From a virus (taxonomy: Duplodnaviria > Caudoviricetes), in IMG/VR virus record IMGVR_UViG_2845860650_000005, positions 32,001 through 96,000 of that record: a stretch of 64,000 bases of DNA; one strand, given 5' to 3'. The notes below the pieces were generated by a model that saw only the letters and a list, made by a program, of their open reading frames with translations, was not told the origin of the DNA and did not search any database. A program made the position numbers and the translations under genes. Of the stretch, positions 29,236 to 37,795 are shown piece after piece. Position 1 is the first letter of the stretch; the number at the start of each line of letters is the position of its first letter.

Positions 29236-29745
29236 TTACCTCAAAACAATTATGTGACCTGAACCAATATCAATCACTCTCCCATTAGGGCATTGAGATT
29301 GTACGTAGCTGATAAATTCTTTGCGCGTATAGTACTTTTGGAAAGTACCAATGCTGGTAATTCCAGACTCTTTTTTATCGGTACGTACTGCTACTACTAG
29401 TGCTTTCGTACATAGAGAAAATGCAAGCTGTAAAGTGCGATCGCGGTCTTTATCACACTCTATTACATTCAACACATACAACAAACTAGTTATTGGATAG
29501 CACTTATCCAATAACTCAAACTTAGGTCTGTAATACGGGTCAAAACCAATGGCGTCGTAATGTCCTGGCAATCGTTCTACATCTTCACCATGACCGCACC
29601 CAATATCAAGCCAGTTGCCAGCGGTGGGGAGTTTCCCTGATTCCAAAGCATTTCGCATTGGCAAGGATAGCTTGGGTCTTCTGATTGCTGTTTTCCAGCG
29701 TGGTGTACCCCAATTTTTTGGGTCTAAAAATTCTCGGTTGTTCAT
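29236..29745 (-). CDS. SAM methyltransferase resembling the phosphorothioation-associated methyltransferase core
   Basis: KTAIRR.KLSLP, LDIGCGHGED, GFDPYY, YVLNVIE, TFQKYY. Confidence 0.75.
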   Translation of the reverse strand: MNNREFLDPKNWGTPRWKTAIRRPKLSLPMRNALESGKLPTAGNWLDIGCGHGEDVERLPGHYDAIGFDPYYRPKFELLDKCYPITSLLYVLNVIECDKDRDRTLQLAFSLCTKALVVAVRTDKKESGITSIGTFQKYYTRKEFISYVQSQCPNGRVIDIGSGHIIVLR

Positions 29746-29760
29746 AATTTTTTAGGCATG

Positions 29761-29792
29761 AAAAAAGCGATCGCGTTTAAGTGCGATCGCTT
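29761..29792 (-). terminator. HIP1-pair terminator
   Basis: AAAAAAGCGATCGC-GTTTAAGT-GCGATCGCTT. Confidence 0.7.
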
Positions 29793-29814
29793 GGTTGAGT
29801 TTTAGATGGTCGTG

Positions 29815-30007
29815 CTAGCCCAATCCTTGATAGCCTTCGTGGCGTCTTGTAGCGTCAACCGCTTGGACTATAGTCGTCCAGTTGTCGGCATCTTCTGGTG
29901 AGTCATCTTTGCGTTGATAGTATTCGTTACTCTTGTAGTTATATTCAACTTGATGCCTGTTAACGGCTACCTCTTGTCCGTTTGGCAATGAAACTTTGAC
30001 TTCCATG
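29815..30007 (-). CDS. Small hypothetical protein (MEVKVSLP...; start approximate)
   Basis: AGGAG SD before the internal Met. Confidence 0.55.
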
Positions 30008-30062
30008 TTGTTCTCCTTTGTTTTGATTAATTTGATTTTTATGGGGCAACCAAAAAATGACA

Positions 30063-30152
30063 ACCCCATTCATGCGAATGACGAATAATCAAGAATTATT
30101 TTTTCCAAAATCCCTTTGAGCCATCCCCATAAACTGGCTCTTTGCCAGGAAT
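30063..30152. repeat. ~90-bp direct repeat, copy 1
   Basis: Near-identical to 30667-30804. Confidence 0.9.
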
Positions 30153-30177
30153 AATCATCGCTTGAGTTCGGTTGTGC

Positions 30178-30624
30178 CTACAAACCAGGATTTAACTGAT
30201 TAGGCATTTTCGCTACTGGGAGTAGAGGAATTTTGTCTCCAAAATGAACCATTAATTTTGCCAACAACAAATAGGTAACATCGATTAATCCTCCCTCGTG
30301 CAGAGAGAAGTATTTTTGCTCCACCATCCAATTAAAAGATCTTGAATTCTGCACCAAAGAACCATCTTGATCGAGATCTAATGTCGAGTAAGCAGGTAAC
30401 CCCTGTTGGTAATTTGCCGCGATCGCATAGATCGTCTGGAAAGTCAGCACTTCTTTTTCGTAAGCATGTGTTGTACCCCGGAACAATCCTAGATAGGTAC
30501 TTTTATCTTGTTCTGCCAGCCAACAAATAAATTTGTAGGCTGAATTTTCACCAGCTTGAATGAGAAAAACTTCTGGCTGTTGGTTTGAGTTAGACACGAT
30601 TGCCCTCGCGATAATTTTTGTCAA
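30178..30624 (-). CDS. Hypothetical protein between direct repeats
   Basis: 148 aa ORF. Confidence 0.65.
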   Translation of the reverse strand: MTKIIARAIVSNSNQQPEVFLIQAGENSAYKFICWLAEQDKSTYLGLFRGTTHAYEKEVLTFQTIYAIAANYQQGLPAYSTLDLDQDGSLVQNSRSFNWMVEQKYFSLHEGGLIDVTYLLLAKLMVHFGDKIPLLPVAKMPNQLNPGL

Positions 30625-30666
30625 TACCTAAATAATCCATCAACTGGCGATCGCTAATTAAAGTTC

Positions 30667-30804
30667 ACCCCATTTCATGCGAATGACGAATAATCGAGAA
30701 TTATTTTTTCCAAAATCCCTTTGAGCCATCCCCATAATTGGCTTAGTTTAGTTGCGCGACCAACTAAGATAGAAATCCCCGTAAACTGGCTCTTTGCCAG
30801 GAAT
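30667..30804. repeat. Direct repeat copy 2, carrying a 47-nt insert
   Basis: Alignment by eye with copy 1. Confidence 0.9.
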
Positions 30805-31524
30805 CCAGTAGCGCCCATTGGCTTCTCCTGGGGTAACAACGATGCGCTCCATATTGAGGAACACAGCAAATACTACCCGCTTACGGTCATCGTAGGAAAG
30901 TTGTTTCTTCTTGTATGACGACAAGTCTCTCCCTAAAATTTCGTTGGGGAGAAGCACTTCCCCCCACTTGTAGGAATGGGGGGAAGGGGTTTTAAACTCG
31001 CCTATTCTCCCAAACTTATTGGGTAGGCACAAAAGCAATCGCTTGACGACTTCAAACAAATCATCAAAATTGGTAAAAGTTAATTCTTTATCAAAGATTG
31101 CCTTAACAACAATCTCTGCCTCTTGTCTCAGGGGTTGTGTTTGGGGTAGGCGACGACACTGGAATTTTTCCAGATAACTCTTGACTCCCTGATAAGACAT
31201 TGTTTTTACTTCATCAACGGTCAGAGGTTGATGAAAATATCTGACCTCATAATTGAGGTACTCATCACATGCAGTAAACTCCTGCCCAATATATGTGATT
31301 CGGGCAAAGAACCCAGCCGATTCTTGATGCTGGGTTATTTTTACTACCTGCCCTTTGCAGGTGTAATCGATTGTAAATCTATTAAAGCAATCCGGATCAT
31401 CTGATTGCTTGATTGTAATATCACTTTTTTCTACTACCAAGGCAGATTTTTCTATTGGCGCTTCCATCAACTTTTTGAGCGCCTCTTGTGGGGTAATTTC
31501 AATTTTTTTGATAGGTTCTAACAT
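30748..31524 (-). CDS. Hypothetical protein (start probably 31524)
   Basis: GAGG before MLEPIKK. Confidence 0.65.
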   Translation of the reverse strand: MLEPIKKIEITPQEALKKLMEAPIEKSALVVEKSDITIKQSDDPDCFNRFTIDYTCKGQVVKITQHQESAGFFARITYIGQEFTACDEYLNYEVRYFHQPLTVDEVKTMSYQGVKSYLEKFQCRRLPQTQPLRQEAEIVVKAIFDKELTFTNFDDLFEVVKRLLLCLPNKFGRIGEFKTPSPHSYKWGEVLLPNEILGRDLSSYKKKQLSYDDRKRVVFAVFLNMERIVVTPGEANGRYWIPGKEPVYGDFYLSWSRN

Positions 31525-31623
31525 GATGTCTTTTCCTCTGCTTGTACTTGGTGTGGCAACAGATCCAACTGTGCTACCACGTCTCTGTAATCTTGAGCGA
31601 TCAATCAACAACGATCGCACAAA

Positions 31624-31812
31624 TTAACTTCGTTCTTTCTTGTACTTGAGAAGTGCGATCGCTTCTCGAAGGACAGCCGCTTGATTGGGCTGTGCTTCAA
31701 GCCATTCCCATAGTTCCGCTTCCATTGCCCAAGCTTTACGCCCTTTGACAATAGGAAGCGAACTTACTGGGGAATAACCCTTTGGGCGACCACGCCCACG
31801 GTTTTTGGTCAT
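31624..31812 (-). CDS. AT-hook/ribbon-helix-helix-like DNA-binding protein
   Basis: RGRGRPKG; ELWEWLEAQPNQAAVLREAI. Confidence 0.6.
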   Translation of the reverse strand: MTKNRGRGRPKGYSPVSSLPIVKGRKAWAMEAELWEWLEAQPNQAAVLREAIALLKYKKERS

Positions 31813-31933
31813 ACGCTTAGTAATATCCGTTAGAGGCAATAAATTCGTTATATGCAGAGATAAAAACAAGTTCTCCGCAAAGCGATCGCACTTAATTCGA
31901 TGAAGCAGCATCATGCTTGGCGATCGCGCTATT

Positions 31934-32164
31934 TCAACCCAAACCTAAACTAATTGCAATGCCTTCAATAATTCCTGACGCTTGTTCCATCAACAAAAAA
32001 TTACGGGTGAATCCAGCACACCCTCCCCAGTTCACAACTTCATCAGAAATACTTGCATTGATTTGCCACCAATCATCTTTCTGCAAAAGCTCTATGCTTA
32101 TGCCATTATCGTTTAGGCGCTGAATATGTGTTTTTGTCTGTAATGAAATAGATTCCGTTTTCAT
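31934..32164 (-). CDS. Hypothetical protein
   Basis: AGGAG SD. Confidence 0.6.
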   Translation of the reverse strand: MKTESISLQTKTHIQRLNDNGISIELLQKDDWWQINASISDEVVNWGGCAGFTRNFLLMEQASGIIEGIAISLGLG

Positions 32165-32189
32165 TTTTTCTCCTTATGATTTATTTGGT

Positions 32190-32816
32190 TCATGATTTAA
32201 GGGTATACCTTTTATTTAAGAATGTCAATACATTATTTTCCCTCCAAGTAACCCAAGTAATTGCTTGTAGCTGGTTGGGCAACAGATCCAACTGTGCTGC
32301 CACATCTCTGTAATCCTGTGCGATCGCATCGTATTTTTCGGGCGATCGCATGAAATTTAGCAGTTGCCTTTCCCCTAACTTTTCACCCGCCCAAACACTA
32401 AGGGCATGGCGATCTATGCAAACATCGTGACTGTTTGTAGGGTCGTGCAACAGGCTAAAAAATGCCCGTACTTTGTTGCCTTTTAGGGCTTCTAGTGATG
32501 GTTCCCCTGCCAAGATCCGCCAAGACTTAATCATGTTTGCCCTGCCATAAGACCCAATAAACGGGGCATCTGTGGCAGTGCAACCCATCTTGAAATAATT
32601 GAGGCATTTCTCGGCTTCATAGATGTTCTTCTCCCAGCTACAACCGGGAGACAATGCAGCTATGACGCCACATACCCTTTCTGTAGCAATACCGTAGATA
32701 TCGCCTAAATCATCGGCAATTGCATGGGCATCTACATACCAATTTTTCCCCTTTCGCATCTGGATAGGGGAAGCGGTATAATACACCGCTAGAATATTCC
32801 TTTTTCCTATTTCCAT
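32190..32816 (-). CDS. DUF7178-like phage protein
   Basis: GKNWY, GVIAALSP..SW..N, KVRAFF, VCIDRHA, QLQAITW. Confidence 0.7.
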   Translation of the reverse strand: MEIGKRNILAVYYTASPIQMRKGKNWYVDAHAIADDLGDIYGIATERVCGVIAALSPGCSWEKNIYEAEKCLNYFKMGCTATDAPFIGSYGRANMIKSWRILAGEPSLEALKGNKVRAFFSLLHDPTNSHDVCIDRHALSVWAGEKLGERQLLNFMRSPEKYDAIAQDYRDVAAQLDLLPNQLQAITWVTWRENNVLTFLNKRYTLKS

Positions 32817-32820
32817 TGAT

Positions 32821-33087
32821 TTAATAAGGATACTGAAAACTACTTTCTTCGGACTCAATCGTGCGATATCGGTCATTCACCACATCGACTTTTACCCGCC
32901 AATGTGGGCAATAACCAGGAACATAGTATGTGAAGATGACTTTCCCCATCCCAGAAAAATTGGGAGTATTGACAACAACTAAGTCACCTGATTGAGATTT
33001 GGATTTTGTTGGCGCGTCTCTGTTTATCTGCAATTGCCGCTGATGCGCTTGTTCTAGTTCTTCCGTCACATCTATGAATTGAAACAT
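32821..33087 (-). CDS. Hypothetical protein
   Basis: 88 aa ORF. Confidence 0.55.
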   Translation of the reverse strand: MFQFIDVTEELEQAHQRQLQINRDAPTKSKSQSGDLVVVNTPNFSGMGKVIFTYYVPGYCPHWRVKVDVVNDRYRTIESEESSFQYPY

Positions 33088-33160
33088 TTTGGTTAACTAC
33101 GCGGGAATTCAGTTACCGCGTTGATGACCAAAATCCCCAGGAAAACTGGGGAAATAACAA

Positions 33161-33520
33161 CTATTCCATTGATGCAATTAAGGCGATCGCTGAAAATATC
33201 TTTACAATTGTTCTGTGGTGAACGTTGGGTTGAATGTGCCCATCTGCTAAATTCAGTCTTTGCATTTCATCAGGCATCAATACCTGAGATAATAATTTAG
33301 GTAAATCCAAAGCAAAACCATTTTTATAAAAATGCACTTCTAATTCCCCATATTGTTGGGGAGAAATAAGCTTATAATTTGGTAGACTTTGGCGATCGCA
33401 TCCAGCGTACATACAAGCCGAATAGCCACCAGATAGCTTGATTTCAATGCCAAAGCATTTACCCATATCTGCCCACTTCATAGGAAAATCATGAATAGAT
33501 TTTTGAGTTTTAGTAGTCAT
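33161..33520 (-). CDS. Hypothetical protein
   Basis: ORF follows 33528-34112; hairpin at ~33133-33155. Confidence 0.6.
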   Translation of the reverse strand: MTTKTQKSIHDFPMKWADMGKCFGIEIKLSGGYSACMYAGCDRQSLPNYKLISPQQYGELEVHFYKNGFALDLPKLLSQVLMPDEMQRLNLADGHIQPNVHHRTIVKIFSAIALIASME

Positions 33521-33527
33521 ATTTCTT

Positions 33528-34112
33528 CTAACGTTTGACGTTTTCAATCTTGATATTTGCAATCAGCGATCGCATTTTTGAAGCCTGTTTCTTGTCCTTG
33601 CGATGTTGACGGCGATTAGCCATCGGATCGTTTGTTTGGGGGCATCTGTATGTGTAACTACCCCCATAGTTAGCTGTGCCCTTAGAGGCACTTTGTAGGG
33701 GACGTTTACGCGCAATAGTGCCGTCTACATCAATCCCAGCAGCCCCAGCAAAGGGACGCATTTGGTTGATTTCATTCTGAGTGAGTACGATTCCCTCACA
33801 CGGGAACCACTCACCCTGGATTTTCTCCAAGATCGGAACCTCTAAGCCAGTCTTGCAGTCCCTACGAAATACCTGATTAGGCAGGTACTTGTAAAACACT
33901 ACCCTGTACTGGGTAAAGTTTGATGATTCCTTGGAGTATTGCCCATTAGCAACACTTTTTGAGGTTTTAACACCTGTAAAGTGCTGCTTTTTGGGCGCAA
34001 TTGCCTGCCTAGCATCCATCGACATATCTGCATTCATACCGGGTGTATGACGCACGGTTACGCGCTGCTGAATTCTAGCGTCAGCAGACTTTAGACAAGT
34101 AATATTTTTCAT
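33528..34112 (-). CDS. Basic hypothetical early protein
   Basis: 194 aa ORF. Confidence 0.7.
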   Translation of the reverse strand: MKNITCLKSADARIQQRVTVRHTPGMNADMSMDARQAIAPKKQHFTGVKTSKSVANGQYSKESSNFTQYRVVFYKYLPNQVFRRDCKTGLEVPILEKIQGEWFPCEGIVLTQNEINQMRPFAGAAGIDVDGTIARKRPLQSASKGTANYGGSYTYRCPQTNDPMANRRQHRKDKKQASKMRSLIANIKIENVKR

Positions 34113-34161
34113 AGTTGCATTTAGGTAACTGGGGTGACTCGCACACCCCAGAGGTACATAA

Positions 34162-34986
34162 CTAAACTGTAGCAGGTGTTAAGATTTTGGCGATCGCCAG
34201 GATCTTCCCAGCTTTGGAACCCCCAACGTTGTAATGTTTGGCTAAAGCATTGACTTGGTTAGTGTCTAGTTTTTTCAGATGCCCTACTTTATCAATAGAT
34301 GCTTCTAGTTCATCAACTAAGACCTTAGTCAAAGTAACATCCGGCTTAGGGGTAACAGGCGCTTTTTTCTCTACCTTAGTAAACCGTTTCTGCACGATCT
34401 CGAAAGCCATATCGAAGTCTAGATAACCTTCGTTAACGCCTTTGGCTTCTAACTTCTCATTGTGCTTAGTGAGTAATTCTGTAGCCTGTTTCTCTAAGAA
34501 ATACTCGCGTGTTGGATGATGCGAGAACTGTACTGTTTTGTCAGTAGTTTCAAGGTGCTTGTGACGATGACGCACCTTATCAAGCATCTTATCGACTGCG
34601 GACATTACCTTAGCCGATAATGCCGTCAACTCTCTGATAGGATTATCGTTGAGTTTTTTCTCAATTCTTGCGATCGCACCTGTTAACTTTTCTATCTCAG
34701 CTTTTTTAAGTTCCGATGCTTCACCCTCTAAAGATTTTAGAACATCCTTAGCAGCATTCCTAGTTTTTTCTAGGGTATCGCGCTCGGTCAGCAAAGCATC
34801 GTACTCATTCCAAGCGTCGTAGTCCACAACAATTTCATCGTCTACCACCACTAAACGCCCAAGTCTCACACGTTGCGACATCGGACGGTTAGCTAAGCGT
34901 AGTTCCTGATAGAACACGCCCTTACCATTAACGGTAATAACAGTGTTTGCCTTATCGTCAGCTTTGGTAATTAAAAGACTAGACAT
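34162..34986 (-). CDS. Coiled-coil protein with C-terminal SAP/Rho-N-like motif
   Basis: LKKLDTNQVNALAKHYNVGGSKAGKILAI; first gene after the leader. Confidence 0.65.
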   Translation of the reverse strand: MSSLLITKADDKANTVITVNGKGVFYQELRLANRPMSQRVRLGRLVVVDDEIVVDYDAWNEYDALLTERDTLEKTRNAAKDVLKSLEGEASELKKAEIEKLTGAIARIEKKLNDNPIRELTALSAKVMSAVDKMLDKVRHRHKHLETTDKTVQFSHHPTREYFLEKQATELLTKHNEKLEAKGVNEGYLDFDMAFEIVQKRFTKVEKKAPVTPKPDVTLTKVLVDELEASIDKVGHLKKLDTNQVNALAKHYNVGGSKAGKILAIAKILTPATV

Positions 34987-35072
34987 AGTGTAAAATTAGT
35001 TTGGTGATGTTAACTCGTAGCAATCAAAGCTACAGACTAAAAGTAACTTCCAGTGTGTAACTTTTTGCCACT

Positions 35073-35568
35073 AAAATAGGGCGTTAATCCGCTAAATTAA
35101 CGCCCTTAAAAACAGGCAAACTATTAAAAAACGGTTACTCAAAACTACTCAACCCTACCTACCTTACAACCCTACAAAGTTTTATAAACCTTGTCGTTCA
35201 GTAGTCTCAAGTACAACGCCTAAATACTTATAGCATATAGCTATGGCTTAGTTATGCCCCGTAAAGCATAGGTCAGATGACCACCCCTACTTTTACCCGT
35301 CATCAGCCAGCACGAACTGTCACAGCCAATTATTACTAATCAGCGATCGCATTGACTAACCACGCAGTATGTAGTGTAGTGAGATAGGCTGTATCCACCT
35401 TATGGTGTGGTGTGGTTGTATTAACGATTGCCACATTTACCAAGGAATGAAACTCTCTTGGCTACTGCAAACGATACGACTAAAACAAGTGCCTATGAGC
35501 GTACTTTTGTAAGCACAAGCATCATTTAATTTTTACTTTTTTATTCACCTCAAATTTATTTATTTCAC
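35073..35568 (-). ncRNA. Candidate long structured leader/ncRNA
   Basis: No ORF >=60 aa; successive hairpins ending in AGGGCGTTAAT...ATTAACGCCCT-ATTTT. Confidence 0.4.
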
Positions 35569-35574
35569 ATTACT

Positions 35575-35626
35575 AACTTAGCAGCTTTATCTAAGAATCA
35601 AGCATAAGTTTACATAAGTTTACAAT
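35575..35626 (-). promoter_or_regulatory. Early promoter with HLR1 (RpaB) direct repeat
   Basis: TTTACATA-AG-TTTACAAT at 35609-35626; TTGATT-N15-TAAGTT with extended TG. Confidence 0.6.
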
Positions 35627-35644
35627 TAAAATTCATCTATATAT

Positions 35645-35676
35645 AAAAGCCCCCGGTGGCTACTACGGAGGCTTTT
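35645..35676. terminator. Bidirectional terminator-like hairpin
   Basis: AAAAGCCCCCG...CGGAGGCTTTT. Confidence 0.65.
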
Positions 35677-35782
35677 ATCAAGTATTTTTTATTACAGCCT
35701 AATTTTAACTGCTTTAGATCCGCGCCCACGCCAAGATCCAGAAAATTTGAGGTTTTATCGGATCGGCGGATCGGATCGCGGA

Positions 35783-36010
35783 TCAAGTTTTACTAGGCTT
35801 GCGTCCAGATAATTTTGGTAAAATTATGCCGTTAATTCTCGCGCATTTACTTACGGCATCAGGTTTGATTTCCTTACCAGTTTCTTCAGAAAGAATTTTA
35901 GCTAGTTCGGGGTAAGACCAGTCTCGCTTTTGAGCTTCAGCTTCTTTGATTAATTCTTTAACGCGCTCAGGATCTATCGTCCTTGGCGCTCCCATCTTCA
36001 ACACTGCCAT
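35783..36010 (-). CDS. Small HTH protein
   Basis: GAPRTID...WSYPELAKILSEETG.EIKPDAVSK. Confidence 0.65.
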   Translation of the reverse strand: MAVLKMGAPRTIDPERVKELIKEAEAQKRDWSYPELAKILSEETGKEIKPDAVSKCARINGIILPKLSGRKPSKT

Positions 36011-36104
36011 ACCATTACCAATCTCTAACAGACTTATCTTAGCAAAATCAATACTAAGTCTACATACTCTTTCTCAACTTTAACTCTGATATACAAGGAG
36101 TCTG

Positions 36105-36566
36105 CTATTTCCATGTTTTACATTCAAAAAAAATCAAGACAAAGTGATTCAACTCCAAGAATTCAATTTGTGCCGGAGTAACTTTCACCAAAATCCCCTG
36201 TGGTTTTGGTTGATTGTGCCTTTTACGAACTTTGAAAAATGTTCCAGAGCAACTTGAGACAAAACTAGAGGAATCATTTTCTAGGTAATTAGCTTGCACT
36301 AAAGCATCTAAAACTGAACCTTGCAGATTATCGGCATCACTGCTGAAAAAGTTGATGAATTGGCACTCAACACGACAAGGTATCGGTGCTGGGGGATAAT
36401 TTTGCATTTGAAGCGCGATCGCACTTATGGCGTTTTCTTTCCAATCTCCATATTTTTGGGCAGTATAAATCATTCCCGTCCGCCAGTTAGTCCGCGGACG
36501 GGCCTTACCAACACCCCTTCCCGATAACCAAAATAGTGCTTCAGTTTGAAATTCAGTAGCTAACAT
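36105..36566 (-). CDS. rusA: RusA-like Holliday junction resolvase
   Basis: KARPR, DADNL.GSVLDAL, ENDS. Confidence 0.8.
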   Translation of the reverse strand: MLATEFQTEALFWLSGRGVGKARPRTNWRTGMIYTAQKYGDWKENAISAIALQMQNYPPAPIPCRVECQFINFFSSDADNLQGSVLDALVQANYLENDSSSFVSSCSGTFFKVRKRHNQPKPQGILVKVTPAQIEFLELNHFVLIFFECKTWK

Positions 36567-36579
36567 TTTTAGTCTCTAA

Positions 36580-37365
36580 TTATACAGAATCAAGAAGTTT
36601 ATTCAAATTATAAACAGAATTCTCCGTCCCATTGCTTTGATTATTATGTCGTTTATCATCTCCAGATTCTAAGTCTGCATAGGATTTTTCGACTTCTAAC
36701 TCTGGCTCAGAAATTAGTTCAACAGGCAATATGTTGCGCTCGCTACTATGCATAAAAGTATTGTTGATTCCGTTTTGTTTGAGTTGATTATTTTGTCGTG
36801 GTTTTGGTATCGGTATCGTGCTGAGAAACACCACAATTGCTAGCGCAAGTAATATAGGATGCGATTTCACTAACTCAAACAACCACTGTAATTTTATTTT
36901 AGGTAATTGAGGCAGTGAAAGTGGAGGAACTTGAAATTTGGGAATTCGTAACCAAGAAGTAGCTGTTTTATATCCCGGTTGCCATTCTTTTTCAAGATTG
37001 ACAAACACAACCTTTACACGGGGATCTTGTTGAACCATCGAAGCGGTAGTGAAGGCTGATTTTTGCTCCCTAGCTTCGGAAGTCAAAAACCCCATTACTA
37101 CCAACTTACGTTTGTTTCCTAAGCCATAAAGATTCAATTGTCCGACAGCTTGATAAATTGTGTTGCGGTCGAGATATTTTTTGACCTCGATAATCGCCCC
37201 ATCCATCCAATCACTAACGATATCGGCCCGACCACCGTTTGCGCCTGCTTCTAGCTTGACTCCGTAACCTTGTTCTTGGAGGCGCTCAGCTAAATACTTT
37301 TGTAAGTGCTTTTCTTGCCAGCGTTCAGGGAACCCGGCAAGTTCTACAAATTGTGATGGGTGCAT
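36580..37365 (-). CDS. PD-(D/E)XK nuclease-like domain with a transmembrane helix
   Basis: E...RADIV...IIEVK...AVGQL..Y; ILLALAIVVFL. Confidence 0.7.
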   Translation of the reverse strand: MHPSQFVELAGFPERWQEKHLQKYLAERLQEQGYGVKLEAGANGGRADIVSDWMDGAIIEVKKYLDRNTIYQAVGQLNLYGLGNKRKLVVMGFLTSEAREQKSAFTTASMVQQDPRVKVVFVNLEKEWQPGYKTATSWLRIPKFQVPPLSLPQLPKIKLQWLFELVKSHPILLALAIVVFLSTIPIPKPRQNNQLKQNGINNTFMHSSERNILPVELISEPELEVEKSYADLESGDDKRHNNQSNGTENSVYNLNKLLDSV

Positions 37366-37370
37366 AAGTT

Positions 37371-37795
37371 TAATTCGTAATTCGTAATTCGTAATTCGTA
37401 ATTATTTTTCTTTTAGTTTTTTGGTGGAAGAGACTAGGATTTTGCCGATTTCGTTGGCTTCTTGTAGAAGCAACTCGAATTTTTGTTTTTCTACTAGTCC
37501 CGATTCAATTAAGATTTCTAGCCAGTATTGGGTTTCTCTGGCTTCCTTAAGTGCAATTTCTAGTTTGTTGATAAAATCTTTATCAGACTGCGCTGATTGT
37601 GCTTCTCTGACGTTTGCCCCAATTGAAGTACCAGAACGCAATAGTTGTCTTGATAACGTTCTTGTAACCCCAGACTTTTCATCAAGAAAGCTGCAAGCTT
37701 TCACAATCCTAATCGCAAACGCCTTCGTTCTATCTGTAATACTAATTTGATTGCTTGTCATAAATTACGAATTACGAATTACGAATTACGAATTA
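37371..37795. mobile_element. Four-helix-bundle gene bracketed by inverted heptamer arrays
   Basis: (AATTCGT)n at 37371-37403 and (AATTACG)n at 37763-37795. Confidence 0.55.
37402..37761 (-). CDS. Four helix bundle protein (23S rRNA IVP/Avd-like family)
   Basis: QLLRSGTSIGANVREAQSAQS.KDF..KLEIALKEARET.YWL. Confidence 0.92.
   Translation of the reverse strand: MTSNQISITDRTKAFAIRIVKACSFLDEKSGVTRTLSRQLLRSGTSIGANVREAQSAQSDKDFINKLEIALKEARETQYWLEILIESGLVEKQKFELLLQEANEIGKILVSSTKKLKEK

Noticed and set aside
37371-37795. Diversity-generating retroelement, suggested by the Avd-like four-helix bundle and the 30-kb repeats
   Set aside because: No reverse transcriptase in the window, and the repeat differences are not adenine-specific.
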